Source: Octopus sinensis (Eukaryota). Taken from it: a DNA stretch of 64,000 nt. The stretch lies in contig NC_043004.1 in NCBI RefSeq assembly GCF_006345805.1, positions 69,502,001-69,566,000 on the forward strand, read 5' to 3'. The notes below the pieces were generated by a model. It saw nothing but the letters and a program-made list of their open reading frames with translations, searched no databases and was not told where the DNA came from. Both the position numbers and the translations under genes were made by a program. Below, piece after piece: positions 1 to 12,650 of the stretch; position 1 is the stretch's first letter; each line of letters begins with the position of its first letter.

Positions 1-89
1 ATCTGTTTCTCCTTATTTGCAATAGTCAGTAGAATAGGTCTGCAAATTTAGAGATTTTATGATCTGTTTGAATGTTTGAACCTTATTAC

Positions 90-300
90 AGTTGTTTCAT
101 GGCTGCGGCCATACTAGAGCACTGCTTTAAAGGGTTTTAGTCAAAGAAATCGAGCCCAGTACTTATTCTTTGTAAGCCTAGTACTTATTTTAGCTTTTTT
201 TTTTTTTTGCTGAACTGCTAAGTTACAAGCTCATAAACACACTAGCATCAGTTGTGAAGAAATAGTGGGGAGACAGACAGACAGACACACAAATACATGC
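90..300 (-). mobile_element. SINE family A (CORE-like), 3' fragment
   Basis: Matches the 3' part of full copies at 13487-13881 and 32935-33367 (gcggccat..gagcac, acttattctttgtaagcctagtacttatt). Confidence 0.75.
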
Positions 301-321
301 ATGCATACATACATATATACA

Positions 322-497
322 TTGCCACTCATAATAAAAAGGAATACTGGTGCAATGTCCCAGTGAAGACCTTAATAAAATGTAGGCAAAACAGACATGA
401 TATAATGATTTGGGATAGAGAAGAGAAACTGTGCACAGTTGTGGAAATTAGCTGCCCAGGGGATGCTAACATAAAGCTGAAGATAAGTGAAAAAGAG
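322..497 (+). mobile_element. R4/Dong-type non-LTR retrotransposon fragment (restriction-like endonuclease domain)
   Basis: Translation YWCNVPVKTLIKCRQNRHDIMIWDREEKLCTVVEISCPGDANIKLKISEKE resembles the RLE motif HNRPDI..WD...K...I(D/E)..P.D.N...K..EK. Confidence 0.7.
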
Positions 498-890
498 ATG
501 GATGCCCTTCCTAACACCAACCACTGTGTGAGTGTAGTGGGTGCTCTTTACATGCCACCAGCACAGGGGCCAGAAGAGGCTGGCAATGGCCACAATCGGT
601 TGGTGCTTTTTACGTGCCACCAGCACGGAAGCCAGTCAAGGCGGCGCTGGCATCGGCCACATTCAGATGGTGCTTTTTACCTGCCACCGACACGGGTATC
701 ACAAGTACAATTTCCATTTGATTTTTATTTTGATGTTGATATACTTGACTCAATAGGTCTCCTCAAGCACAGCAGGTCGCCCTACGATCCGAGGTAAGCA
801 CAGCAGGCCGTCCTATGATCCAAGGTACTTTTAATGGAGTGGGGCTGGTTATGTAAAGCTGGTGTAGGTTACAGCCATGAACTCACTTTG
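498..890 (-). mobile_element. RTE-LINE 3'UTR-derived repeat with three internal ~63-bp repeats
   Basis: ggatgcccttcctaacaccaaccac plus repeated gtgctttttacgtgccacc modules, shared with 46149-46442, 48757-49162 and 51146-51500. Confidence 0.7.
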
Positions 891-895
891 TTTTT

Positions 896-929
<34 letters not shown>

Positions 930-1130
930 ATAAGAACTGAAGGGTTCTTTTGTGTTTTTATGAGGACCATCAAGTTTCTTCTTTGAAACTGGCTTTTTAT
1001 TGTCTTACTTTGTGTGTGTATTTATATGAAATTCAGAATGACAGTCAAATGATGGAAACTTTTTTAAACCACCTGAAAATAAGACATAGTTAAAATATCT
1101 AAAGTAGGTTTGATTGGTTTTAGTCTATAA

Positions 1131-1268
1131 TCATCATCATCATTTATCGTCCGTGTTCCATGCTAGCATGGGTGGGATGGTACAAGAGCCAGCCAGGCCG
1201 AAACCTGCACTGGACTTCTGCGACTGTTTTGGCAAGATTTTTGCAGCTGGATGCCCTTCCTAACACCA
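1131..1268 (-). mobile_element. RTE-LINE 3' end fragment
   Basis: (CAT)n tail followed by ttccatgctagcatgggt...cagctggatgcccttcctaac. Confidence 0.7.
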
Positions 1269-1320
1269 TAATATATTATAATATATGGCTATATTGTGAT
1301 ATTGACAACAATATATATTT

Positions 1321-1558
1321 AAGGCAGTCAGCTGGCAGAATCGTTAGCATGCCAGGTGAAATGCTTAGCGATATTTTGTCTGCCGTTACATTCTGAGTTC
1401 AAATTCCACCAAGGTTGACTTTGCCTTTTATCCTTTCAGGGTCGATAAATTAAGTACTAGTTATGCACTGGGGTCAATATAATCGACTTAATCACTTTGT
1501 CTGTCCTTGTTTATCCCCTCTATGTTTAGCCCCTTGTGGGCAATAAAGAAATAAGAAA
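1321..1558 (+). mobile_element. SINE family B (tRNA head, Nin/Deu-like domain), full length
   Basis: Head gctggcagaatcgttagc, box B gagttcaaattcc, gcctttcatcctttcggggtcgataaattaagtac-type domain; flanked by ~15-bp duplication aacaatatatattta. Confidence 0.85.
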
Positions 1559-1829
1559 CAATATATATTTAATCTGTAATATATTATATAATTACTATAT
1601 ATTTTTTGTATAAAACACTTATATATCTATTCCATCCAGGATATCTTATGTATGTCACTCTCTTCATCTAATCAGCTTTTATTTTCTGTTTCTTCAGACC
1701 TTCTTGATATTAACCCACACATGGTTGATCTGGTTTGGTGATAGAAACTTCCTGTTTTAAAATGATCTAAATTTAGACCTCACTTTCTTTGTTAATATGT
1801 CCCAGACACCAGTTTAACAACAATGGTTA

Positions 1830-2035
1830 TCTTTATATATAAAAGTGAAGTTGTGTGTCTGTCTCCTACGATTTAGATTCCTAACTACTCCCACATTTTG
1901 TGGTGCAGCTTAACCAAAACCGGGTATCTTATAGTCGTGATTCATATTGAGCCCTTCTGGGTATTAGCGTGAGTCTACGATTTTTAAAAACATTTACCAT
2001 AATTTTTTTCCATTTTAATGCATTTTTTCATAATA
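1830..2035 (+). mobile_element. Helitron-like non-autonomous element, 5' fragment
   Basis: Begins a|TCtttatatataaaagtgaagttgtgtgtctgtctcc, a typical Helitron 5' TC end followed by a GTCT-type repeat; no 3' CTAG end identified. Confidence 0.4.
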
Positions 2036-2082
2036 AGAAATAAAGGCAGTGTATTTCTATGGAAATTTGGTAATGAAAGGCT

Positions 2083-2334
2083 TAACTCCTTAGCATTCAG
2101 ATTACTGTAAAATATATCTTTTTTTTTCTTTATCTTTTACTTGTTTTAGTCATTAGACTTTGGCCATGCTGGGGCACCACCTAAAAGAATTTTTAGCTGA
2201 ATAAACAAATCAACCGCAGTACTCAGTTGTTTTGCTAAGTCTGGTACTTATTTTATCGGTCTCTTTTGCTAAGTTATGGGGGACATAAACACACCAAGAC
2301 TGGTTGTCAAGCAGTGATAGGGGACAGACAGACA

Positions 2335-2373
<39 letters not shown>

Positions 2374-2712
2374 TGACTTTCTTTCAGTATCTACCTATCA
2401 AATCTACTCAAAAGGTTTTGGTCGGCCCGAGGCTATAGTAGAAGACACTTGCCCAAGGTGCCACGCAGTGGGACTGAACCTGGAACCATGTGGTTGGGAA
2501 GCAAGCGTCTTACCACACATCCACTCCTGTGCCTATAGTAAAATATATTGATCATTTATTCCCATTGATTTGAATTAATCATGCATTATTTTATAACTTC
2601 GAGATTTCTATGATGTAATTGTTTATTTCTAGAATGGCAATGTAGGGTAGGTGTAAGAGGTTGGATCTGATCTGTTTCAATCTAAAGCAAAGTAGTATTT
2701 TTGGGCCAGATA
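2083..2712 (+). mobile_element. piggyBac-like MITE interrupted by a family A SINE
   Basis: ttaactccttagcattcagattac start; body homologous to 23402-23820 and 56389-56607. Confidence 0.65.
2128..2537 (-). mobile_element. SINE family A (tRNA-derived, CORE-like), full length
   Basis: Minus strand: box A/B head (gtggtaag..ggttcagtcccac), CORE-like caccttgggcaagtgtctt, central (CA)n, conserved 3' tail. Confidence 0.85.
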
Positions 2713-2713
2713 A

Positions 2714-3155
2714 TGGTTTCAAATTTTTGTCACAAAGCCAGCAAGTTCAGGAACGGGGTTAAGTCAATTACATTGACCCTAGTACTCAACTGGTACTTAT
2801 TTTATCAACCCTGAAAGGATGAAAAGTAAAGTTACCTTGGTGTAATTTGAACTCAGAATGTAAAGACAAACAAAATGCCACTAAGCATTTTGCTTAGTAT
2901 ACTGATTCTGCCAGCTTGCTGCCTTAATAATAATAATAAGAAGAAGAAAAAGGGTTTCAAATTTTGCCACAAGGGCAGCAATTTTGGGGAACATGATGAG
3001 CCGATTACATCTACCACAATGTTCAACTGGTACTTATTTTATTGACCCTGAAAGGATGAAAGGCAAAGTCGACTTTGGCAGAATTTGAACTCAGAAAATA
3101 AAGGTGGACGAAATGCTGCCAAGCATTTTGCTCAGCGTGCTAACGATTCTGCCTT
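2714..3155 (-). mobile_element. Two tandem family B SINEs separated by (TAA)n
   Basis: Each has gaaaggatgaaa(g)gcaaagt..gaatttgaactcagaa and ends at gcctt followed by aataataat. Confidence 0.8.
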
Positions 3156-3604
3156 AATAATAATAATCCTTGCCTTCATAATAATAATGATGATGATGAT
3201 GATATTTTTTTTATAAGAAATAGTAGAAGAAAATGCACAAATGTGTTAAAAAACAAAATGTCTGAATTCTAAATTTAGCAATGGCTGATGGTGTAAAAGT
3301 TGTTTTGTGTGTTATGAACTATTTTACATACAAATATGTCCTTCAGTGTTTTCATGGTTCACTAAATACTTCACCCCACTCCTACTACTGCTATTTCTTT
3401 CTCTCTGTAATACTTATCTCTCTTCCTCACCATCTCCTTCCCCTGTCTGTCTGCCTCTCTCTCTCTCTCTCTCCTTGTCTCTTTTTCCTCACCTCTCTCA
3501 TTCTCTCATTTTTCTTTACTCTTCTCTCACCCACTCCTTTCTGTCAGGCAGTCCATTTTCACTTAGTTAAATAAGTACACTCCCTAGAAACTATTTTGAA
3601 AATG

Positions 3605-3659
<55 letters not shown>

Positions 3660-3796
3660 TTATATATATATATATATATATTATATTAAAATTTATTTCA
3701 AGATGAATGAAGCCATATATGGTGTGTGTGTGTGTGTGTGTGTGCTTCTATGGTGTATATACACATAGCTCATAATAATAATAATAATGATGATGA

Positions 3797-4365
3797 TCCT
3801 TTCTACTAAAGGCACAAGGCCAGAAATTTTGTTGAGGTGGTGGTGGTGGTGGGGGGGTCTAGCTGATTGCATCAACTCCAGTGTTTCCCTGGTACTTAAT
3901 TTGTTGACCCTGAGAGGATAAAAGGCAAAGTTGACCTTGGCGGAATTTGACCTCTGAACGTAACAACAGGCGAAATACTGCTAGGCATATTGCCTGCTAT
4001 GCAATAATAATAATGGTTTTAGATTTTGGCACAAGGGCAACAACTTTTGGTGGGAGGAGATGAGTCTATTACATCAACCCCAGCGTTCAACTGGTACACT
4101 GAAAGGATGAAAGGCAAAGTCAACCTCAGTGGAATTTGAACTCAGAATGTAACGATGGGCAAAATACCACTAAGCATATTGCCCAGCGTGCTAATGATTC
4201 TACCAGCTTGCCACCTTCAAATAGGAATGGTTTCAAATTTTGGTACAAAGCCAACAAATTCTGGGAACTGGGTAAGCCAATTACATCGACCCTAGTGTTC
4301 AACTGGTATATATTTTATCAACACTGAAGGGATGCAAGACAAAGTTGACCCCAACATCATTTGAA
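3797..4365 (-). mobile_element. Three tandem family B SINEs
   Basis: Same diagnostic motifs at ~3797-4000, 4014-4218 and 4228-4365, with (AAT)n spacers. Confidence 0.8.
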
Positions 4366-4408
4366 TAATAATGATGATAATAATAATAATAATAGTAATA
4401 GTAGTAGT

Positions 4409-4776
4409 AACAAGAGCACTCAGAAAGTGCAAACCTCCATCAAGGCAACACTAACGTCCTCTCAACGATTAGCCAGAGAGGATTTTTAAAATGAGAATAT
4501 CTGAAATAAACTTGACTGCTCTCACAAACAAGGATACTAAAAATGAACCTGACTGCTCTCAAAAATTAAGTAAAAAAAAAACAAGAAAAATAATCCAAAA
4601 CCCTTGTCTGGTACTGGATTGATCCTAAAATTTAATCAGTTTGTGCCAGTCAGGAGACAAAACATTGCTGAAAGTTTCATCCAAATCCATCCAGCAGTTC
4701 TTGAGATATCTTGTCCATGGACAAACAAACAAACGCGACTGAAAACAATTCCTCCACCTTCACTAAGGTGAAGATA
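4409..4776 (+). mobile_element. Helentron-associated (HINE/DINE-1-like) non-autonomous element
   Basis: aacaagag start, subterminal acctcc, aagtttcatccaaatcc core, (ACAA)n microsatellite, terminal hairpin cctccaccttcactaaggtgaag. Confidence 0.55.
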
Positions 4777-4821
4777 TTGATAATAATCTAGAGTATAACA
4801 AACTAGACCTAGTGGTTAGAG

Positions 4822-5154
4822 CAGGGATTCTCAACCATTTTTAACTATGGACCCCTTCGATTACTATTTTATTCTTGTGGACCTCCAACAGCCGTTCGAT
4901 GTTTATAAACACATTTTGAAAGATTCTTCTTTCAAAATTCCTGTCTTGTTTTTTGCACATTAACTTGTGTAGGTAGAACTGTGTAAACTTGGCTGTTTCT
5001 TGCAATGCATACCAATAAATACATCATACATGAAATTTTTTAAAGGGCCCTTGAAATACTACTGTGGATTCCAATCTACTATTTTGTTATATGGTCCCCA
5101 AAAAATCTTACATGGACCCTCAGAAGCCATACGGCCTCCGTTTGAGAGCCACTG
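4822..5154 (+). mobile_element. hAT (Charlie-like) MITE
   Basis: TIRs cagggattctcaa / ttgagagccactg; degenerate 8-bp TSD ggttagag/gtctggag; homologous copies at ~18700-19012 and ~32490-32845. Confidence 0.75.
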
Positions 5155-5189
5155 GTCTGGAGTATAACAGACTGAACTTAGTGGTGGTG

Positions 5190-5505
5190 GACACTTATAC
5201 AAAATAGTCCAGCTATGGAAAATGAAGAAGGTGAAGACAGTGCCAATTATTGCTGGGTCCTTGGGGACAGTACCAGAAGGCATCAAGAGGAATATAAAGG
5301 AAATCAGAATAGAGAGCCTAGTAGAACTGTTACAAAAGGTTTGCCACCTTTGCATGGCCAGAATAATCAAGAAAGCATTTGATAGTTGAAAAGAACAAAT
5401 AACATGGTATTGTAAACTGCAGGTAGCAAGCTTGCTATGCATGCAGGAATCCAGGAGTTCCAAACAAAATCTGAGTTAAAAGAATAAAAATAAAAATAAT
5501 AATAA
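5190..5505 (+). mobile_element. R4/Dong-type LINE 3' end
   Basis: Translation QLWKMKKVKTVPIIAGSLGTVPEGIKRNIKEIRIESLVELLQKVCHLCMARIIKKAFDS* fits the RLE-clade C-terminus; short UTR then a (TAA)n tail. Confidence 0.75.
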
Positions 5506-5669
5506 TCTTTATTATTTTTTATGCATATACCCCTTCTTTTTCAGTGTATACTTCCTTTCTTGCCTTTTTTTTTATCATTTCACTATATGTAAACTCCCAC
5601 ACTTTGTCTTTGTATTGTCCCCCTCAACTTTTGCCCTTGTGGCAAACAAATGAAATCATCATCATCATC

Positions 5670-6230
5670 ATTATTATTATTATTGTGTGAGAGAGCAGTT
5701 CATGCCATCAAAGTGACACTGGGGTAAAATATACGAAGCCCAGTATGCCCATCATGACTACCCATCAGATAAGGGTACACCAGGAACATGCATCACAACC
5801 AAATGTGCGCGACAAGGTGATCTCATATCAAGATAAACAGCACATGACCTTGCAGGTGGGGCCCAGTTAGAATTTTCTTCATGTTGAGTAGCCCATCCCA
5901 CTCAAAAGGTCCCTGAATAAGGGTTGTTTAAGGATGTTGAAAGAACCACCCATGTTTCCAGAGGTGAATTCTTCAAACCCCAAAGAATCCCTCTCAACAC
6001 ATGGCTATGATGCTCCCCCACTACTTCTGCTCGTGATCAGAGATGCACATATCGTCAGCCACTAAGGGACATGCTCAACTGGTTACGGTCAAACAACTGA
6101 CAAACAAATCTGTGGTATTGAGCAGAATATTTGCTGTAGCCCATCTTTTATACCAAGACAAGACAATGTACATGATAACACTTCCAATCAGTTAAGATCA
6201 GGAGCCATGAGAGCCACTGCCTGGTACTGC
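5670..6230 (-). mobile_element. (TAA)n-tailed retroelement fragment, possibly an R4/Dong-type 3' region
   Basis: GC-richer complex block bounded on both sides by (ATT)n; family assignment is inferred only. Confidence 0.4.
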
Positions 6231-7094
6231 TATTATTATTATTATTATTATTATTATTTTCTGATTGAATTGCAGTTCATCTTCTGAGAATGTGGGCAGT
6301 TGATGTCAACACGATTTTTGGTTTATTATTTTATTAGCCACAGGGGCATAGATGAGGGGTCATCGCAAGGATTGATGAGTAGCAAAGTCTGGGCTGGCAC
6401 CTACTTTGTTCTGTTTGATACCCACCCCATTCCAAGGCACCGTTACATCCACCCAATGAAAGAAGGAGCCTCTACATTAGGCTTGGGGCTGGACTATGTT
6501 ATTAAAAAACAAAAGTCAAGATAATCTTTCATTAGGCTTTGTAGGCCACAATTTGCCCATGTCTATTTTATGTGGCCATGTTGACTTTGAAATAGCAGCC
6601 AAACAAATTTTCCTCAAATGACACACCTTAAGAAGGCTGGGGTAGTGTCTATCAAATAATGTATTTTTAGATACAACATCCGGAGAGACAGGACAAGACA
6701 AGACAGTCACAGTTGGGATAATTTAGATCATAGATACCCTGAATCAGATCAAGGTCAGCATGACATTGAGCTACTAAAAATAAAACACAAAAAAGAAAAA
6801 GTGAAGAGAAAAAGGAGAATATGAAAATGGCTTACCTCCCACCCATTCACTGTACCCTCTTATACAATAAATAAAATTTTTTTGTTGATTTACATTCAAT
6901 GCCAGAGATTGTTAATTGGTCTGTTTGCATACGATTGGGGCAGATAGGCAGCTGTTATATATGTTTCTATTTGTATGAGATTGCTTTCCTAATAAGGTAA
7001 TTCAGTATAACAGTTTGGGGCGGGGGGTGGGGGTCAGTTAAGTTTTCTTGTTTTGTGATAGGGCCATACTTTGAAGATCTTTCTCTTGTTTTTC

Positions 7095-8040
7095 CTCTTA
7101 CTTGTTTCAATCATTGGATTGCAGCCATGATAAGGCACCACCTTTGAAAAGGTTTTAGTCAAATGAATAGATCCCCAACACTAATTTTTAAGTCCTGTAT
7201 TTGTTCTGTTTCAGGTCTTTTGCCAAATCACTAAGTTATGGGGCTGCAAACAAACTAACAAGGATTGCCAAGCAGCGATGATAGTGGGAGAGAGGGGACA
7301 AACATGGACATACGTACATACAAACATATCATTATCATCATCCTTTAACATCCATTTTCCATGGGTTGGATGGTTTGACCAGAACTGGGGAGCTACACCA
7401 GGTTCTAGTCTGATTTGGCTTGGTTTCTACAGTTGGTTGCCCCTCCTAACACCAACCACTTTACAATGTGTGCTGGGTGTTTTTAACGTGCCACCAACAT
7501 GAGTGCTTTTTACATTGCACCAGCACAGGACTCTAGCAAGCCAATCCTCTTCACCAGTGGATGCAGCCATAACACTTCTGTTGTGGAGGACAGGTCCTTT
7601 GTCATCTCTTCTGAAAGGATCAGCGTCCTGAGGTCATCCTTCAGTATCTCATCCCTAGTACATATACACAGTTTCTGTCAATCAAAAACCACAGTATTGG
7701 AGCTGGCAGAAACGTTAGCACGCCGGGCGAAATGCTTAGTGGTATTTCGTCTGCGTTATGTTGTGAGTTCAAATTCCGCCGAGATCGACTTTGCCTTTCA
7801 TCCTTTCGGGGTCAATAAATTAAGTACCAGTTACGCACCGGGGTTGATGTAATCGACTTAATACCTATGTCTGTCCTTGTTTGTCCCCTCTGTGTTTAGC
7901 CCCTTGTGGGCAATAAAGAAATAAGTATTGGTCTGCTTGAAGCTTTATAAGAAGACATTTACCCCAGATGCTGCACAGTGAGACTGAACCTGAAATTATG
8001 TGATTTCAAAGTGGGCTTCATAACCACTCAATCATGCCAA
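7095..8040. mobile_element. Nested cluster: family A SINE (minus) split by an RTE 3' end (7330-7530, minus) and a full family B SINE (7698-7925, plus)
   Basis: Family-diagnostic motifs; the B copy is flanked by an agtattgg duplication. Confidence 0.75.
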
Positions 8041-8348
8041 ACATTTGGCTGATGGATGAAACAGGGTACTTCTTAGAAAATCTATTATCATCTTCATCAG
8101 TTAACACTTTTTCATGCTTGCATAGGTAAGATGAAATTTGTTGGGGCAGATTTTTTTTTATGACCAGATGCTCTTCCTGTCACTAATCCTTACCTGTTTT
8201 CAAGCAAGGTAATATTTTCACATGGCTAGATATGTTTTTACAGAAGGCTGAACACAAACAAACAAGCCCGCTTGCATGACAGTGATGTTCATTTACAACC
8301 ATCACATGATGTCTAGCCAAGGGCTACACACAAATACATACATAAGCT

Positions 8349-8592
8349 CTACCTGCGACGATTTCATCTCAATCGAAGGAGAGGAGCTTTCTCCGTCTGG
8401 GTTGCGGATCCGTGGAACAAGCTGCCAGACGAGATGGTGAAGATGCCGACGACCGCTTTGTTCAAAGCCTCCCTGGACCTCAAGTGGCCTGAACTCTTTA
8501 CATGAACACCACCCTGTACTTAACTCCATGTCCCCCTACATGGCCTTGCTATTTGCTTTTGAGCCAAATTAACTAACTAACTAACTAACTAA
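8349..8592 (+). mobile_element. CR1-clade LINE 3' end
   Basis: LRRFHLNRRRGAFSVWVADPWNKLPDEMVKMPTTALFKASLDLKW matches the CR1 ORF2 C-terminal FS.RV...WN.LP...FK..LD pattern; (CTAA)n tail. Confidence 0.8.
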
Positions 8593-8600
8593 CATATATA

Positions 8601-8643
<43 letters not shown>

Positions 8644-8645
<2 letters not shown>

Positions 8646-8849
8646 AGAGTAAACACATAAATGTGAAACAAGGTGGAAAAAAGAGCACTCAAATACCAGG
8701 AGTAGAGTAATATGCTTTATTTAAAGGCAGCAGAAATTCAACAAAACCTGTTACTTGGAGTTTCACGTTCCCATTTGTCGATGAACGGGAACGTGAAACT
8801 CCGAGTAACAGGTTTTGTTGAATTTCTGCTGCTTTTAAATAAAGTATAT
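8644..8849. mobile_element. Fold-back Penelope-like remnant in (TA)n with truncated hammerhead motifs
   Basis: ~70-bp inverted arms 8710-8849 centred at 8779/8780; plus arm reads GATGA-acg ggaa cgt-GAAAC-tccga-GTA. Confidence 0.6.
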
Positions 8850-10564
8850 ATATATATATATACACTCACACATACATGTCTGAATATATGTATCTGTATG
8901 TATGTACAACAAGCTTCTTCAAGTTTCTGTCTACCAAATGCCCTCAGAAGGCTTTGGTCAGCCTGGGGCTATAGTAGAACATAGCTGCCCTTGGTGCCAT
9001 CCAGTGGGGCTGAACCAAAGTCTGGTTGGAAAGCAAGCTTCTTATCCACACATTCATACCTGCACCTGTCTTTGTTTACCTATGCCATCATATAGGGGTC
9101 CATATACAGCATGGGCTCCCAACTTTTTGTGGATTTTTTGGTGTACAATCATGCCATGTGGAACGTTGTGGGAATTTTATACCCAGCAGAGCTCATCACT
9201 CTTTGAGTTGGAACACAAGTGATTCCTTCCTGAAAGAGTGACAGACAGACAGACAGAGCAGAATTGACTCTGTACAGAACTGGTACTTTATTTATTGAGT
9301 AAAAGACAAAGTTGACCTCAACAGGATTTAACTCTGAGTACAGAGATTAAGAACGAATGTAATACTGCAAGACAATCTGTCTGATGGCCTACAATCTCTG
9401 CCATTTGGCCTTGTCTTGTTTTTATATGTGTATGTTTGAGTTTTGTAAAATAATATGGTTTAGTGTTCTGTTAGGAGAGGTGAGCCCTGACATTCTAGGT
9501 AGAACCCTTCTGATCACATGGCTGTATGGTTAAGGATCTTGCTTTGCAGTCATGTCGTTTCAGGTTCTGTCACACTATATGGCACTTTGGGCAAATGTCT
9601 TCAGCCCAAGGCTGACCAATGCTTTTTAAGTAAATTTGGATGATGGAAACTTTGTGGAAGCTCATTGTGTGCGTGTGTGCCTTTATCTTTCAGTTTGTCC
9701 CCCTCTTGTCAACCAGAATTAGCTTGTTTAAACTGCTATAACTTAGTGGTCTGGTGAAAGGCATCAATAGCAGAAGCACCAAACTAAGCCCTTCAATGCA
9801 GTAATCCAGCATGGCCACAGCCCAATGTAAAAGAAAAACTAAAATGTATTTCACTAATTTCACCAGGTTTCCTTTGTGTTTGTGAAACCCAATCGTATGG
9901 ATGATGCTTAATAGACCCTAGATTTCTGACCACATCATGCTGATTCAAACTGATGAGATCAAACTAGATCAAAATAGTAGCCATCTACGAATGTTAAGGA
10001 CTGTGATTAAAATGGAAAAAGAAAAACAATTTAGTCCAATGCATAAAGATAACATATTTTATTTATATCTTTCATTTCACTCGCAAAAATACATAAATAA
10101 ATAAAAGCAATATGGATTCTTGGTGATAACTCCCTCTCTTGCCACAGTAAAAAAACTGCCTACTGATGTATTTGTTTGTGTGTATTGTGTGTGTCTGAGT
10201 GCTGCACTTTGTTTAGAGTGTCATGGAATATTAAAAGAAGCAGTGATTTATAGCAGAGTGTCTTATGGGAGTACTGAACACATGTGAAATATTTATTTAT
10301 TTATTTTGTTTGTTAATTTTATTTATTAATTTGTTCATTACAGAGATTTGTAGTTAGTCAAATACAAGTCGGGTAGGTGCATGTGTGTGCATAGAGCTTC
10401 ATAATACTTAATGATTTAAAGCCAAAATAACTAATAGCTACACATTACTTAGTATCCATGGAGAAGATGGAGAATTGGGGAAAAGTCTAAGTGTATACTG
10501 CCAGAAAATGCCTGTGTATAATGATGCCAACAGAAGAATTTCTGAGATCTACAGTGATTAATAT

Positions 10565-10992
10565 TGATTTTAAATTTTGGCATAAGGTTAGCAAGTTTTG
10601 GGGGAAGGGGTAAGTTGATTATAACGACCCCTGTGCTCAACTGGTACTTATTTTATCAACCCCAAAAGGATGAAAGGCAAAGTTGATCTCAGCAGGATCT
10701 GAACTCAGAAACTCAGAATATAAGGGCAGATGAAATGCTTCTAAGCATACTAACGATTCTGCCAGCTTGCTGCCTTTATAGTGATTAATATCAAAATTAG
10801 CTGACTGAATCGCTACTGTGTTGCAAAAAAGTACTTAGCAGGATTTCTTCCAATTTAACAATCTGAGTTCATCTTCCACCAAGGTCAGCTTTGCCTACCA
10901 TTCTTTCAGGGTCAATAAACTAGGTACCAGCTGAACACTGGGGTTGATATAATCGACTTACTCGCTCCCCCAAAATTGCTGGCCTTGCTCAA
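10565..10992. mobile_element. Two family B SINEs in opposite orientation (10565-10777 minus, ~10810-10992 plus)
   Basis: Family B motifs on opposite strands. Confidence 0.7.
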
Positions 10993-11239
10993 GACTCCAG
11001 GAGTTTGGGGGAGTATAGAAATACCCTTATTCCCAGGCTCCCTTTAGACACCACTGTCCCTGACTTGGGATTGTAATCCCTGTTAAGGGTGGCCCCAGTT
11101 ATGGATCAATTAACAGAATTTGGTCCTGTGGTTATGGCATACTTGATTTGAAGGTGGGGTGGTCCCTAGACATGTGTCATACATGACCCATTGATGTGTG
11201 GGCATACCCTGATATTATGTGGACTGGTCAAGTTCCTTG

Positions 11240-11455
11240 AGCCATAGGTTCTACTCCCCAGGTCTGGGTTTAGATATTCCTCTTCTGGATGGGACACCAG
11301 TCTGTCACAGAGTCACTTATTTTTGCCAGTTGAGAATAGAGTGGAGAAACATGAAATGAAGCGATTTGCTGCTGAACACACTGCATCGGCTGCTCCAGGA
11401 ATCAAAACCATAATCTTAGGATCATGAGTGCAGCTCTAAACCACAGAGCACCACA
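11240..11455 (-). mobile_element. SINE family C, degenerate
   Basis: Similar to 23570-23745, 45550-45875 and 53290-53500 (tttgccag.tgagt..actggag..a..tgaaat, aggaatc.aaacc..aatctta.gatcatgag). Confidence 0.6.
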
Positions 11456-12065
11456 TGTGAGCCAGTGTCCTTACTTAAAAGTTAAATAGACCCTGTGCCT
11501 GAAGGTTAAGGATACCAGCAGAGTAAATATAAATAATCAAGTGAGAGGAAATGCAAAACACCAGTGGTGTATCTTACCCGCAAAAAATCATGTCTTTTCA
11601 GACTTCTGAATGGAAGCGCAGACACAGCTGTGTGGTTAAAAATCTTCCTTCCTAATCATGTAATCTTGTGTTCAAACCCACTGCAAGGCATTTTTGGCTT
11701 GTGGCTTCTACTGTTGTCAACCAAAGCCTTGTGAATGGATTTGCTAGACAGACACTGAAAAAGGCTCATCACACATGCACACACGCACACACACGTGTTA
11801 TACAAGCAGTGTCAATCATTTCCAATATTCTTTGAAAACCTGTCTGGCCATTGAAAACTATTACCTTGCTTGGAAACCGGTTAGAAAATCTGCTTGAATA
11901 AACTCCATTTAACCCATTCAAGCAAACGTTTAAACAATGATGACGATGACATTAAAAATTCTAGTTAAATTATTAAAAAAACCATACTTTGATTCCACAT
12001 TAGAAAGTGGGGCTAATTTACATTGACTCTCGGAACGTGCTAAATTTTAAAAAATTATTTTAATT

Positions 12066-12385
12066 GCCACTGCATAGTGCCAAAGATGCCAACATTGCCG
12101 TGAAAATACAAGACCAGGTACTGCAACAGCTTGGGTTTCAAGAGCCCTACAGCTCTTCAATATTCTTCCAAAATGTTTGAGAGACCTGCATGGTGTGGAT
12201 GTAGGTGTTCTCAGAACAAAACTGGATCTCCTGTCAAGGGTTCTGGATGAGCCTATCTCACAGCAGGAAACGCAGATGAGGGCAGCAACATCAAACTCCC
12301 TCATTCACCAAATGCCGCAATATCAGAGGTGATTTCAAATGGTGAAGGTTTAGCTAAGCCAACGGTGGTGCCCCAGTGTTCAAAT
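12066..12385 (+). mobile_element. CR1 (Zenon-like) LINE 3' fragment
   Basis: Translation ..LQLFNILPKCLRDLHGVDVGVLRTKLDLL..DEP..RAATSNSLIHQ is typical of this C-terminus. Confidence 0.7.
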
Positions 12386-12650
12386 TGAAACTAGTAAAAG
12401 AGAGAAATAAATCTTTTAACTGACCGCATTCAGGCACTCACTGAATTAAACAGCAAAATTATTTTGTATTTTAACTACCATTATTAAACTCAGTCCAAAC
12501 CCATTTCATCTGGCCATTTTGTAATTGTAACATCATCACATCTGTCGCCCTTGTTGTAGTAATTGCAGAATCAATTAAATTATGGTAAATATAGTAATTT
12601 TTTTTGGTTGTTTTTGTTTTTCCCTTTCAATTATTATTATCATTATTAGG

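Noticed and set aside
297-797. 166-aa ORF as a gene
   Set aside because: Chimera of a microsatellite, an R4-type RLE fragment and an antisense RTE 3'UTR.
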